This document shows positions 22,372-32,670 of a stretch of 40,704 nt of DNA, in pieces. A model generated the notes under the pieces. That model did not search any database, was not told the DNA's origin, and saw only the letters and a list, made by a program, of their open reading frames with translations. The position numbers and the translations under genes were made by a program. Each line of letters starts with the position of its first letter. The first letter of the stretch is position 1. Source of the DNA: a virus (lineage: Duplodnaviria > Caudoviricetes); IMG/VR virus record IMGVR_UViG_3300020045_007862, positions 1 to 40,704 of that record; one strand, written 5' to 3'.

Positions 22372-22961
22372 TACGTCAACCCCGTACCGGAGATAATCCA
22401 CTCAGTCGCGGTAACCTTAACCGCCGTGCAGCACCCATTCGCGGCGAGGCTTCGGCTACCCGTAGTTCCCGCGCCGGCGAGGCGCAGCGTATCACTGGTT
22501 ATCGCAATCGTGATAACCCCCGCGCCGTTTTGATTGATAAAAGTAATCGCCGTCCCAATCGCATATGCCACGGAAGCGTTCGCCGGAATCGTCCAGATTC
22601 GGGCAGTGGTATCAGCTGACGGGTGGAAGATGTGATAACCAGCATCAGCAGCAACCAAAGTATACGCGGCACTTTGGCTATTCTGAGGAATCACGCCAAC
22701 CGCAATACCCAGGCCAATCGCCTGCGAGTATTCGAGATACTGCCCGGCTGCTGTTGCAGCGGCGGCACCTGTGTGCTTATACCCACCCATCGGAAGATTC
22801 CCGGTGGGGACATTCTCCCCATTCTTCGCCAGGGCTGCAGTTAGTCCCGTAGCAAGATCGGAGAACAGTCCATTATACCGAACCGCGTCGATGATATTCC
22901 CATTAACCTCCGGACTGAAGGCTGGGTTTAATACGAAAGTTCCAAGGCCGTTCCAGGACAT
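22371..22961 (-). CDS. Tail fibre anchor / proximal fibre protein
   Basis: MSWNGLGTF...DLATGLT...NLPMGG N-terminus typical of podovirus fibres; C-terminal YTLVAAD...TIPANASVAY.IGT domain. Confidence 0.7.
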   Translation of the reverse strand: MSWNGLGTFVLNPAFSPEVNGNIIDAVRYNGLFSDLATGLTAALAKNGENVPTGNLPMGGYKHTGAAAATAAGQYLEYSQAIGLGIAVGVIPQNSQSAAYTLVAADAGYHIFHPSADTTARIWTIPANASVAYAIGTAITFINQNGAGVITIAITSDTLRLAGAGTTGSRSLAANGCCTAVKVTATEWIISGTGLT

Positions 22962-22962
22962 A

Positions 22963-24798
22963 TTAGTTCCCCTGCGTCTGTGAATACGCGTTAATTGCCG
23001 ACAGTAGCGAAAGGCTCTTTCGCACGGACGGATCAAACATTGCTAGTTTCTGAAGGTCAGAGACAGCTTTTGGGTCGTTACGGGCGAGGATTTTAGCAAT
23101 TTCCTCTTGCACTCCGTGTTCGTTCTTCGCGGTGAGCATCATATCAAGAGTACGGAATGGGCGAAGAAGCGCCTGCCGCCATTGCATTTTAGGAAGCTCG
23201 TTAAGCCCGGCTGGTTTGGCGAAAGCTTGAAGCTTGTCAGCCGCTCGAAGGGGTTGATTAACCCGGACAACGTCAGCACCGCCGGCTTCGAGGAGCGCAT
23301 TAAAGCCGGCTTCTTTTTCCGAACCCGGATTTCCCCGCATGGCTTGCCCCGGATCGCTGGGGCGCTCGGAGAGTTTCCGTTGAGCCAACGCCCGTGCAAT
23401 ATCTAGCGGGGCGACAGGCTGGCCGTTAGTCATTAGCGGACTAGCCAATTCCTGTGCCGTCTTCTTAACCGTAGCGGTACTATTCCCGGAAACGAGGCCT
23501 TCCAGCCGCGAAACCGGCGTCTGCCCGGCAACGAGGGGATTCTTATCCGCAAGGCTGCCAACAGGCCCTTGGCGGATAGTCAACCGATCTCCCGCATCCT
23601 GGGCGAATTCCTCCATCGCTTTTCGATAATCGGGCGACTTCTTCCGAAAAGCCTGGTCTACTACGTTAATAGCTTTATCCAGGCTCGGGTCACCGAAGGT
23701 AGGGGAAAGTGGATTCTTCATCCCAGTCTTCAAATCACGAATAGCGTAACTGAGCTCTTGGAGATTCGTCAGCAGCTTGCCGTCCTGCCCGATTAGGGCT
23801 TTTGCCACTTGCCGATAAGCTTGGCCGACGTTAGCCCGCGGGGCGCTTCCGGCGGCGAGTAGCATGTTGTTATAAACGTCGGCCACATCCATCGGATGCA
23901 TATCTCGGCCAGCGAGGTTCGACGTAATGTTATTCTGCTGGGCCCGCTTCGCTTGTAGTTCAATCTGCGTAGCAGCTCCGCCGGCTTGATTAGCCACGGT
24001 GTTCGGGTCAACCTCGGAGCGAATACGATTTTTGAACTCGTCACCCGCGGCCATCAAGTCAGCTTCTCGGTTAGCCGTTCTCTCCCGCAGGGGATTCTGC
24101 AACGAACCAGCTCTAGCCCGTTGCGCCAACGTCATAATCGACGAACCCGGCTCAAACGCCTCTCCGACCGTCGCTGACGGAATCCCCGCGTCTCGGAAAA
24201 GCTGGCTATTCTTTTCAGCTTCGGAGAACTGCCCGGGGGTGGTTTTCTTCAGGGCTTCCCTTACGTCGGCCTCAGCCCGAGAGCCTTTCCCGCCCAGGCC
24301 GAAACCAGTGAGCAGCCCCGCGCCAATCGCAACGGGAGTCTTCACCCAAGAGGGTTTTTCCGGGGTACCTCCCATAAGGGCGTCGGCCCCCTCGGCCACG
24401 GCAGGGGGTAGCCCAGCGGCCACCGAAGCACGTCCGGCACCGGCCATACCCATTAGCGGAGCGCCAGCAAGCCCTTCAAGCGTCGCTCGGCCGTATCGGT
24501 TCTGAATCCCCTTCTCACGCGAAGCAGTCTCAGCCCCAGCCGCAACCTCGTCGAGATAGTTCGGCTTCGTAAATTCCGACAGCATCGACCCAGGCTTGTC
24601 GGGGACGCCGGCTTTATCCAGCGCCCACTTAATCCCCCGGCCAGCCGTCACTGGAAGATTAAGCAACCCTGCGCCAGCCTTCTGCGCACCGGCGAATAAC
24701 GTCTCCTGCGCTCGCTCCCCGAAGGACGAATGCGGCTGATCCCCAGTATCGACGGGGATAATAACACCAGGCGCGACTTCGACTTGGATGATAGGCAT
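22963..24798 (-). CDS. Putative internal virion / DNA ejection protein
   Basis: 611 aa, helical and Ala/Gly-rich; position between nozzle and fibre genes. Confidence 0.65.
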   Translation of the reverse strand: MPIIQVEVAPGVIIPVDTGDQPHSSFGERAQETLFAGAQKAGAGLLNLPVTAGRGIKWALDKAGVPDKPGSMLSEFTKPNYLDEVAAGAETASREKGIQNRYGRATLEGLAGAPLMGMAGAGRASVAAGLPPAVAEGADALMGGTPEKPSWVKTPVAIGAGLLTGFGLGGKGSRAEADVREALKKTTPGQFSEAEKNSQLFRDAGIPSATVGEAFEPGSSIMTLAQRARAGSLQNPLRERTANREADLMAAGDEFKNRIRSEVDPNTVANQAGGAATQIELQAKRAQQNNITSNLAGRDMHPMDVADVYNNMLLAAGSAPRANVGQAYRQVAKALIGQDGKLLTNLQELSYAIRDLKTGMKNPLSPTFGDPSLDKAINVVDQAFRKKSPDYRKAMEEFAQDAGDRLTIRQGPVGSLADKNPLVAGQTPVSRLEGLVSGNSTATVKKTAQELASPLMTNGQPVAPLDIARALAQRKLSERPSDPGQAMRGNPGSEKEAGFNALLEAGGADVVRVNQPLRAADKLQAFAKPAGLNELPKMQWRQALLRPFRTLDMMLTAKNEHGVQEEIAKILARNDPKAVSDLQKLAMFDPSVRKSLSLLSAINAYSQTQGN

Positions 24799-26099
24799 TA
24801 TGGCAGCTTCGCGTTAGGGAAAAGCTGGCGGACTTCTTCGAGGGAGTAGGCTCGGCCGTTCTTCGGCGGGGGAAGACTAGCCGGGTTAACAGCGACAGCG
24901 GCAGGCTTTGCCGGAGAGCTAGCCTCTTCGTTATAGCGATAACGATTCGGCCCAATTTCGGTGTACTTCTTCGGATCAGCGGTGAAGTTCCAGCCTTTGG
25001 GAAAAGGCCAGGCTTGAGGCGCGCCGGAGGAATTTGCCTGTGGCAGCGTCCCGAGGGATTGATATTCCGTCAAAAGTTCAGTGAGCTGGTTATGCCCGGA
25101 CATTTCCGAAATATCGGCGAGTCGCTGCAAAGCCTGCGGAGTCCATTCGATCCGGCCAGCCGCGGCATCCGCGAGGAAAGGCCGTTCCTTTTCCGTGATA
25201 GCACCGGGAAGGCGTTTCACGTTATTCAGAGTCTGCGAGGCCAGTTCGCTGAAAAGTGCCTGGGTCTTAATCGCCGCGTCAGGGCCAGTGAGATTCAGCT
25301 TCGCCCCTAGATTCGCCAACCAGCTTGCGGGATTAGCGCCAAAACCGGTAATCGTCGCCGGGTCGGCCAGGAGAGCTTTAATACGCTTCGCGCCTTCCAT
25401 TTCCGCAACGGCGGCTTTTGCAGCCCCCGTGACTTCGGCATAGCGCTCAGGAATCTTCGCGCCGACAGCTTTCGCCGCGGCAGATTCTCCCGTATTGTCC
25501 ACCGTGATATTCCGATCCTTCGGGGCATAGTGCACGCCGACTTCACCCCTCTGGTTGGTTGTGCGGAGATAGGGGTTCCCTTGCGCGTCGAGTTTGCTCT
25601 CTTCGCCCGGGATAGCCGGAGGCGTATAAGGCCCCGTCGGGAGTTTCCCCGTCAGGAACGTATTAGCCGCAGCGGCTGGATCAACCCCTTTGACCGCGCC
25701 AGAGAATCCTTCCATCTGCTTAACCTTTCGGTCATACAGGAGTTTCCCCAGGGCCTGCGTTTGGGGGAATTTTCCCGCTTGCGCCTGCGCTAGTTGTTGG
25801 TCTTCCGGAGCCGCGAGAAGAGCCGCACCTTCGGCTTTCTGATCGGCTAGGGCGCGATTCTGCACATTCCGCACAGCCCCAGCCCCCGCGGAATCCGCAC
25901 TCGCGCCGAGATAACCCGAGGCGGCGTTCGCCATCCAGGCAAGTGGGCTGGTTTTAGCCGCGACTTTTCCGCCAGTCGGGGCGCCCTGGAACCCCAGAGC
26001 TTGCTTCTGCAAAAGCTGGGCAATCATGCGCTTTTTATTAGCCGCATCAATCTCCGCCAGGTACTCCGGGGGAAGACTGTTGTTAAGATCGTCTGCCAT
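24798..26099 (-). CDS. Putative internal virion / DNA ejection protein
   Basis: 433 aa, Ala/Gln-rich, PGAITEKER motif; synteny. Confidence 0.65.
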   Translation of the reverse strand: MADDLNNSLPPEYLAEIDAANKKRMIAQLLQKQALGFQGAPTGGKVAAKTSPLAWMANAASGYLGASADSAGAGAVRNVQNRALADQKAEGAALLAAPEDQQLAQAQAGKFPQTQALGKLLYDRKVKQMEGFSGAVKGVDPAAAANTFLTGKLPTGPYTPPAIPGEESKLDAQGNPYLRTTNQRGEVGVHYAPKDRNITVDNTGESAAAKAVGAKIPERYAEVTGAAKAAVAEMEGAKRIKALLADPATITGFGANPASWLANLGAKLNLTGPDAAIKTQALFSELASQTLNNVKRLPGAITEKERPFLADAAAGRIEWTPQALQRLADISEMSGHNQLTELLTEYQSLGTLPQANSSGAPQAWPFPKGWNFTADPKKYTEIGPNRYRYNEEASSPAKPAAVAVNPASLPPPKNGRAYSLEEVRQLFPNAKLP

Positions 26100-26101
26100 G
26101 A

Positions 26102-27874
26102 TTAACCCAGGTAAATGCCAAGCGCGAGAGCTAGCTGGCTCAAGGCTTGATTAGTCGAATTTTTCGACGTAACATCCGCGTTATACTGGCCGAGCTGATT
26201 CTCGTAAGTTAGCTGTTGACCGGTCTTAAGCGCGTTTAGCTCGTTCAAGGGCTGATTCCGCTCTGCGAGAAGCTGCGCAAGTTTCTCTCGACTGGCGGAA
26301 TTATTCAAATTCGCATTCGAGAGGCTTTGGTTGAATTGGTTATTTCCCTGGGAAAAGCCCTGGAGAGTGGCGGTGTCACGGGCACTGGCGTAGGCTCGCT
26401 GGTTAGTGTCCATGAAATTAGCCATGGCTTGCTTATAGCCAGGCGTTCCGGGAACAAAACCTTGTTCGGCCAGGCGAGCTTCTAGAGCTTGCTGCTGTTG
26501 GGCGATCTGCGGATCGAGATAACGAGTGGCGTTGCTATACGCGGCGTCAGATGCCGACTGGTTAAACTGGCCGACTTCCGCCGCGGAGGTTTTCAATTCC
26601 GGGACGCTGGAGTAGTCGAAGCTTTTCGACATAGAGCCGTCAGCGCCGTAGAGTTTATCCGTCAGGGCTTTAACTAGGGCATCGTTGCTGGTTCCGCCGG
26701 AGGTGGCGCTGCCAGACCCCGGAGCTGCCGGGGGATTCCCACCGCTTCCGTTCAGGAGCGTGGCCGCCCCACTAGCGCCCAGGCTGGCTAGCTGCGGGTT
26801 CGCTTTAGCAAAGTCAGCAACAGAGCCCAGGCCGGATTTCGCCGCAGCTAGCGCCGACGCAATATCTGTAATACCACCGCCTGTTGCACCGCCGCCGAGG
26901 CTGCCGAGACTAACACCAGCTGGTGGGATTGCCGCCCCCGTAGGAGTACCAGCGGCCTGCATGGCGAGATTAGCCGCCTGCGAATCAGCGGCGGCCGTGG
27001 TATAGGCTCCAGCAGTGCCAAGCCCAGTGCCTTCGGTGACGCCCATTGCGGAGAGGGTATCGCCACCTAATCCCGCAGCGCCTTCTCCCCAAGCAGCGGC
27101 AGTCGCAGCATCGCCAGCCGCCCCTTCGCCAGCAGCGGCCCCGATATTCTCCAGGCTGAATTCGCCAAGGCTATTCGCCAGCGTCGAGCCCCAAGCATCG
27201 GTTGCGCCAGCTTCTCCCGCTAGACCGAGGGCTTCGGGGCTGATAAAACCCCCACCGGAGGTTCCACCAGCTGCGCCCGCCCCTGCGCCGCCACCGGCGC
27301 CCATGGCTACTCCGGCCGCACCAAGGCCAGCTCCACCAATAATAGCCGCGGTAGCCGCTTTCAGCCAAGGGTTAATCCCCGAGTCCGCGACATTATGCGC
27401 GCCGCCAAGGGGATTCCCTTGGTTGTCATAGACCTGGACGGACGGCTTCCCGTCTTCTCCCTTTGTAGGAGAAAAGCGATAGTTTGACAGAGCTTGATTC
27501 AGCCCAGCCGCCGATTGCCAACCGTCTTCATACGTCGGTCCAGATTCACCTTCGCCGACGTAAACCTGCTGCCCAGAGCGTTCTTGAACCGGCCCGTTAT
27601 ACCCGACAGAGCGCCCAATCGCGCCAAAGCCATTCACCTTGTCGGAGTTATTCCAGCTCACGTCGTCTTGAGCCTGGTAATCCGCCCAGGACATGCCCGG
27701 GAGATTCGCAGGAGCAGCTGGAGTTGGCGCAGCAACCGCTGGCGCAGGGCTAGTCCCCGGATAACTAACCGGAGTGATTGTCTTCTGGGGGGTTATTGCG
27801 GCAGCGGGCTTCGCCATCCCTCGGTTAAGCCCGCTGTATTCCATCGTATCAACCCCGTTGCGCGCCATGACCAT
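26102..27874 (-). CDS. Putative internal virion / DNA ejection (pilot-like) protein
   Basis: 590 aa, long Gly/Ala-rich hydrophobic centre, Gln/Asn-rich C-terminus with RL..QG..PG motif; synteny. Confidence 0.65.
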   Translation of the reverse strand: MVMARNGVDTMEYSGLNRGMAKPAAAITPQKTITPVSYPGTSPAPAVAAPTPAAPANLPGMSWADYQAQDDVSWNNSDKVNGFGAIGRSVGYNGPVQERSGQQVYVGEGESGPTYEDGWQSAAGLNQALSNYRFSPTKGEDGKPSVQVYDNQGNPLGGAHNVADSGINPWLKAATAAIIGGAGLGAAGVAMGAGGGAGAGAAGGTSGGGFISPEALGLAGEAGATDAWGSTLANSLGEFSLENIGAAAGEGAAGDAATAAAWGEGAAGLGGDTLSAMGVTEGTGLGTAGAYTTAAADSQAANLAMQAAGTPTGAAIPPAGVSLGSLGGGATGGGITDIASALAAAKSGLGSVADFAKANPQLASLGASGAATLLNGSGGNPPAAPGSGSATSGGTSNDALVKALTDKLYGADGSMSKSFDYSSVPELKTSAAEVGQFNQSASDAAYSNATRYLDPQIAQQQQALEARLAEQGFVPGTPGYKQAMANFMDTNQRAYASARDTATLQGFSQGNNQFNQSLSNANLNNSASREKLAQLLAERNQPLNELNALKTGQQLTYENQLGQYNADVTSKNSTNQALSQLALALGIYLG

Positions 27875-27976
27875 TTTAGGTATCCCGTTGGATACCCGCT
27901 AATCGTTGTGCGGGGTTTATCTGCTATTCTGGTGTTATCAGGAATAGCCGTCGGGTTGCCCGACTGAGTATTGCGT

Positions 27977-28005
27977 ATAGTAGCGGAAACCCCTGGGAAT
28001 AGCAA
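27977..28005 (-). promoter_or_regulatory. Putative sigma70 promoter upstream of the ejection genes
   Basis: TTGCTA-N17-TACTAT on the - strand, with the -35 in a hairpin loop. Confidence 0.5.
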
Positions 28006-28021
28006 CCCAGGGGGTTAAAGC

Positions 28022-29536
28022 TCAGAGATTGCCGCCTAATGTGAACAGCAGGTCTGCGCCGAAGTATTTAATCCGAGCGGTATTCGACGTTACTTGGAGA
28101 TACAGAGCTTTCCAAAGTGTGTAGTCGTCGGGGACGGTTTGCCAATCCTGGGCGATGCCCGTTATACCTGTCCAGTACGCCTCACCAAAGATTGAAGTCC
28201 CCCAAATAGCTGCGGTGGTGTTCCCACCAGATTGCAGCATCGTGGTTTCCCGCGGGTCCGCGAAGTCGTTAGAGAGCCCTAGGTTATAGGTAAACCCGTT
28301 GTTGTTCGAGATATAGGCTTTTACCAGCTCGATCTTCTTCGTCTGCTGCCGCTCAAGCCTGGTATGCGCTTGTAGCATCGTCGCAGTGATATTCGCGCCT
28401 TTGTCGGAATTCCCGTTAACTCTGCAAACCTCGGTAGCTGTCCCGAAGTAGATTTCACTACCCATTCGGGCAAAACAGATGGCATCCCAACCGGTGTAAG
28501 TCGTCCAGGCTTTCGTCTGGGAATGCATTACAAACTGCTTCTTCACCGGCGTAGAGGGGATGTTAACAATAAGACAGGGTTTTAGCGGATCAACAATGAT
28601 CTGCCAGCCTTGGTTATTCTGGAAAGACGTAGCTGCCGCGGCGAAGAGGGGTTTGATTCGCTCGGAGATGGCTTTTTGCCGGTCGATAGCTGTCGATTGA
28701 ACAGCGCTAGAAAGCGGGAAAATGCCGCTTTCCGTGATAATCAACAAGTCCCCGCCGTATTTGAAAAGGCACCGAGGCCCAATTGGCCGGCCGGTTTGGT
28801 AAACCCCTTGGAAAGACCAAGTAGCCGGGTCATTCCCGTTGAAGACGGCGATTTCCCCTTTGTTGGTAACCACCGCGAGTTTATCCTCCGGGCCTGTTCC
28901 GGAGTCAATCGTCCAAGTCCCGATTGCAACGATGTAGCCGCCTTCCCGGAAGTTCGCGCCGAGGGGGTAATTCGTAGCCGCGCCAGAGATTGCATTTGCG
29001 GCGAGGTATTCAATCTCCAGGCTATTCTTCTTGACAAGGAAAAGCCGTTGGCGATAGGTCTCGACGTAGGAATACACCGAAGTAGCCGTGGCACCAAAGG
29101 TGGCAATAGACGACCAGGTTGTGCCGTCGTATTGTTTTAGAGTATCCACGCCATTCACCAGCATGAGGTAATTCCCCGCACCGGTTGAGATTGTGGTGGA
29201 GATTGTCTTGCCTTCGGTGAGGGCAATGTCAGCGGCGCCAATAGCTCCAGCGGAAGTAGCGTCGTAAACCCCGCTGCTATTAGTTGCCCAGAGAGATTCG
29301 CCCCCGTTCGGGGCAGCGTGGACATGCAGAGCGTCAATCTGCGTTAGGAAGCCCGTCCGATGCGCGGTGAACCCATCGCGGAGTTCCAGCCCATCTGGCT
29401 GCGGGAACCAGTTTTCCAGAAATACCGCAAGACTCCCGGACATGCCCATGATTGAGGTGGCCGTATCCAGCCCCCCGACAGGACTGGGGAGATTATACGG
29501 CTTATTCGCCCGTTGCGCTGTTTTTGTCTTAAACAT
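28022..29536 (-). CDS. Tail nozzle / DNA stabilisation protein (P22 gp10 / tubular protein B-like)
   Basis: 504 aa, beta-propeller-like; LPSPVGGL...LENWFP N-terminus; follows the adaptor gene. Confidence 0.75.
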   Translation of the reverse strand: MFKTKTAQRANKPYNLPSPVGGLDTATSIMGMSGSLAVFLENWFPQPDGLELRDGFTAHRTGFLTQIDALHVHAAPNGGESLWATNSSGVYDATSAGAIGAADIALTEGKTISTTISTGAGNYLMLVNGVDTLKQYDGTTWSSIATFGATATSVYSYVETYRQRLFLVKKNSLEIEYLAANAISGAATNYPLGANFREGGYIVAIGTWTIDSGTGPEDKLAVVTNKGEIAVFNGNDPATWSFQGVYQTGRPIGPRCLFKYGGDLLIITESGIFPLSSAVQSTAIDRQKAISERIKPLFAAAATSFQNNQGWQIIVDPLKPCLIVNIPSTPVKKQFVMHSQTKAWTTYTGWDAICFARMGSEIYFGTATEVCRVNGNSDKGANITATMLQAHTRLERQQTKKIELVKAYISNNNGFTYNLGLSNDFADPRETTMLQSGGNTTAAIWGTSIFGEAYWTGITGIAQDWQTVPDDYTLWKALYLQVTSNTARIKYFGADLLFTLGGNL

Positions 29537-30239
29537 TCCAGGAGCCCGCGGGGATTACGATACCAGGCCGAGCGCCGGAGTTTCGTGACGACATGGAAAG
29601 CGTAGGGGCTCCGTTTTTAACGAGTTCTCCAGCGACTGCGCCGATGAAGGCGTTGTAATCATCTTCCCAGCCGGCTTCGCCTTTTTGCTTCCGCCACTTA
29701 TATTCGAGGCCCTTGGAGACTACGCTGTCGGGGAAGAGTAGGGAATCGTCATCAGCAGTGATTCGTTCCTTAACGGTAACCCCATCCACGGCAACGACAG
29801 TATACTTTGTCGTATACACTGCGGAAAGCGTGTCGGTAATAGCTAGCTCAGGGGAAACGTAAAGCCGGCCCCCGCTAAACCAACACTGGAACTCCGGCCC
29901 AGCATTTGGCAGCGTTTGTAGAGCCTGCCAGACAGTATTAGCCACCGGCCCGTAGATACGCATATGGCGGGTCTCGTTCCACATGGAGTCTTGGATAAGC
30001 CCATCGAAGCCTTGGCCGAAGATCGTCGTAAGCAAACCCTGATCCTGCCCAGCCGCAGCCGTCCAGGTAAATCGCAGGGTTTGCTCCGACCAACCATATT
30101 TCGACAAGTCCGAAATCAAATCTTGAAGTAGCGCCCGAAGCTGGCGAACGCTTTTCTCCTGCGACCCGACCAGTGCCCCCGGCCGAGGAAGGCCCATCTT
30201 TTCGGTGAGGTCTTGAACAAGCGTGAGCACGGTGGTCAT
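29529..30239 (-). CDS. Head-tail adaptor (tubular protein A-like)
   Basis: MTTVLTLVQD...GL..P N-terminus; GL.YKW...KG motif; synteny. Confidence 0.7.
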   Translation of the reverse strand: MTTVLTLVQDLTEKMGLPRPGALVGSQEKSVRQLRALLQDLISDLSKYGWSEQTLRFTWTAAAGQDQGLLTTIFGQGFDGLIQDSMWNETRHMRIYGPVANTVWQALQTLPNAGPEFQCWFSGGRLYVSPELAITDTLSAVYTTKYTVVAVDGVTVKERITADDDSLLFPDSVVSKGLEYKWRKQKGEAGWEDDYNAFIGAVAGELVKNGAPTLSMSSRNSGARPGIVIPAGSWNV

Positions 30240-30242
30240 GGG

Positions 30243-30833
30243 TTATGCCTTAACGGGTTGCTTTTCCGTGCGGAGTTTGTCGATTTCCGCGGCTTGGTTC
30301 CGGGTCAGGGTGGTGAGTTCGGTGATCTGAACGACCAAAGCCGCCATCTGCTCGGCGAGTTTTCCGGTGTCCTGCGCAGCCGCCAGCCAGGATTTTGCCT
30401 TCTGCTTGAAGGAAAGCGCGCCTGTGCCAATTACGGAGAGTTCCTGATCCGGCATGTCGGCCAGGTCTTCGACCGTACGAATACCCGCGTGGATCAGATC
30501 CTTCTGCGCGGAGGGCGAGAGAATCGGCCAGCCCTTAATCGGCGTTCCGTTCGGAGGAACTTCTTCGCCGTCTTTCCAGGCTTTGTACGAGGCATTGAAG
30601 GCCTCAAACCACGTCGAGGGAATAGCATTCATCCGACCCTTTTCCCGGATTTCGCTCAACCAGACGATGGCTTCTTTATCCAAAGTATCACGGGAACCTG
30701 GGCGGGTGATAATCGCGAAGTCAACATCCTTCGAGACGTAATGGCCTGCGGCAAGCGACGCCGCTCGGTCTTCCACCGCACGTCGCTCGAACATAACGTA
30801 AGGAGGGCGGGAATTGTCAACAACACCGGTCAT
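30243..30833 (-). CDS. Morphogenesis-region protein with HhH-like motif and C-terminal coiled coil
   Basis: GTPIKGWP...AGIRTVEDLA motif; AAGGA RBS. Confidence 0.65.
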   Translation of the reverse strand: MTGVVDNSRPPYVMFERRAVEDRAASLAAGHYVSKDVDFAIITRPGSRDTLDKEAIVWLSEIREKGRMNAIPSTWFEAFNASYKAWKDGEEVPPNGTPIKGWPILSPSAQKDLIHAGIRTVEDLADMPDQELSVIGTGALSFKQKAKSWLAAAQDTGKLAEQMAALVVQITELTTLTRNQAAEIDKLRTEKQPVKA

Positions 30834-30882
30834 GGTTTATCCTTTAGCTTTTTAGTGAAGGCTGGGGAATCCAACCCTCACG

Positions 30883-30901
30883 AAAAAGGGGCCGAAGCCC
30901 C
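30883..30901 (-). terminator. Rho-independent terminator after the capsid genes
   Basis: On the - strand: GGGGC-TTCG-GCCCC-TTTTT. Confidence 0.85.
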
Positions 30902-30907
30902 CCCAGA

Positions 30908-31663
30908 TTAGGTAATCTGGCCCTGGAAGTGCGGGTAGGAGAAGTCGCAGATACCGAAGCCGGTATTCGTCATGGTGACGGTAACGGTGCCGGTTGCGGT
31001 TGCCGAGACTGGCGTGCCGACGGCAGAGCCGATAACCACATCGGTGCCGTTCGGGTCGATTGCTGAAATCACCGACGAGCCTGGAATGCCGGTCCCGGAA
31101 ATCGCTTGGCCGACATACATCCCGCCGACGTTAGCGAACTTCACGCGGGAGCTACCATTGCGAGTGGTACCGGCCCGGGTGAAGGTCGAAGCGCCCGCGA
31201 TAAGGCAGATGGCATTCAGAACCTGAACACCCGCCGCGGCTGTCGGGGTCATAACACCCGCAGTGCCGGCAAAAACTCGGCCAGCCGTAGCCGCCACGGA
31301 AGTCCGCACCGGGCAAACGCCTCGGCGGAGCGCCCAGCCGTATTGCTCGGTGGTTGAGCCGACGGTGAAGTGCGTCAGCGCGACAAACACCGGGGCGCCT
31401 GTATTAGCGACAGTAGCCGCAGCAGCCGTGGCAACAACCCGGAAGTTCTTGTCAATAGCGAGCATGGTGCCGGGGAGAATCGCTACGGAGGCATTCGCCA
31501 CGTAGATCAATTCACACAGGCCCCAATTCGCCACGTTGGCGGTGGTTTCGTAGTCGGTGCCGACGGCTTCGATGATAGTGCCGAGTTGCAGCTCTTTCGT
31601 ATCCGACGACGTGGAGAAATCCAGCAAAGCTGGGGCGATTAGTGAGATAGGTGCGAGTCGCAT
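30908..31663 (-). CDS. Putative capsid decoration / minor capsid protein
   Basis: Directly after the MCP and before a terminator; ELIYV...QYGW motifs; Ala/Gly/Thr-rich. Confidence 0.65.
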   Translation of the reverse strand: MRLAPISLIAPALLDFSTSSDTKELQLGTIIEAVGTDYETTANVANWGLCELIYVANASVAILPGTMLAIDKNFRVVATAAAATVANTGAPVFVALTHFTVGSTTEQYGWALRRGVCPVRTSVAATAGRVFAGTAGVMTPTAAAGVQVLNAICLIAGASTFTRAGTTRNGSSRVKFANVGGMYVGQAISGTGIPGSSVISAIDPNGTDVVIGSAVGTPVSATATGTVTVTMTNTGFGICDFSYPHFQGQIT

Positions 31664-31680
31664 GTTTTATGCTCCTTGGA

Positions 31681-32658
31681 TTACGCTTTAACAATGCCTT
31701 GCAGGGCACGGTTCGAGCAGACCATGTTACCCATCCAGAGAATCGGGACAACGACAGCATCTTGGTTGAAGGGCTTAGCTTCGTCCATGACCGTCATATT
31801 CGCGTCGGAATGGGTCACGATTTCGAGGTAGTTGGTATTCAGGAAGTACATGCGCGAAGCCGCCATGCCCGAAACACCATCGAAGACAACGGGGATGCCG
31901 TGGTATTGCAGGTTCATAAAGCCTGCATCGGCCATGTCTTTGTCGATGTAACGCTTGTTGGTAACTTGACCATTTTCCAAGAACTGGTAATAGTCGTTCG
32001 AGGCGACGATCAGGTCGGGCTTATCGTTGTTACGAGTCAGCTCGATCAAAAGCGGCAGCATCAACGATTCCATCACGCCTTGAACAGCTGACGGGGTAAT
32101 CGCAGCGCCACCTTGCAGCGGGGCAGCGGCCGATTGCACCTTGTTCTGCCAGAAAGCCCAAGTCGCCGCGGAAATGCCACCGACAGTATTCGTCGGGGTG
32201 TCCGCCACCATCTTTTGCAGGCCGTCGATCTGGTTGGTCAGGGAACCGTCGGCGTACATGTCGGCCGAGAAGTTATTACCAAACGTGTTGATCGCGTTCT
32301 TGATGCGGCTTTTCGCAAGGTTAGCGAGACGCTGCGGGCCGGCGTTTACACGTAGTTCGTAACCAGACGAGACGACGTTGATGGCGATTTGGCGCCAGTT
32401 GAATTCAGCCGCGGTGAACACGTCGCTTTGCGCCACGTTGAGCACGTCGAAGCCGGAATACCGCTGGTAGGTCCCGTTAGCCGCGTATTCCAGAGGCTGG
32501 ACAATGCTGTAACCACCGGATTCCGAGCGGGTTTTACCCTTTTTCGCAAGTCGGCGATACAGCGCATTATGGTTCGAGAAGTTGTCGGTGATTTCCTTCG
32601 CATGATTGCGGAAGGTCGTCGAGACAATCTCGGTGAAGATTGCATTCGGAGAGGGCAT
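31681..32658 (-). CDS. Major capsid protein
   Basis: 325 aa; follows the scaffold; strong codon bias; PDLIV...GF.NL.Y.G..VVFD...YFLNT.Y and QG C-terminal pattern. Confidence 0.85.
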   Translation of the reverse strand: MPSPNAIFTEIVSTTFRNHAKEITDNFSNHNALYRRLAKKGKTRSESGGYSIVQPLEYAANGTYQRYSGFDVLNVAQSDVFTAAEFNWRQIAINVVSSGYELRVNAGPQRLANLAKSRIKNAINTFGNNFSADMYADGSLTNQIDGLQKMVADTPTNTVGGISAATWAFWQNKVQSAAAPLQGGAAITPSAVQGVMESLMLPLLIELTRNNDKPDLIVASNDYYQFLENGQVTNKRYIDKDMADAGFMNLQYHGIPVVFDGVSGMAASRMYFLNTNYLEIVTHSDANMTVMDEAKPFNQDAVVVPILWMGNMVCSNRALQGIVKA

Positions 32659-32670
32659 TTAATGCTCCAG

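Noticed and set aside
27875-27975. Known riboswitch (c-di-GMP-I, preQ1, SAM-II)
   Set aside because: The conserved core nucleotides of these classes are not recognisable; kept only as an unnamed structured leader.
27793-28005. 70-aa ORF upstream of the ejection genes
   Set aside because: TTG start without an RBS, overlaps the next gene, and coincides with promoter and hairpin elements.
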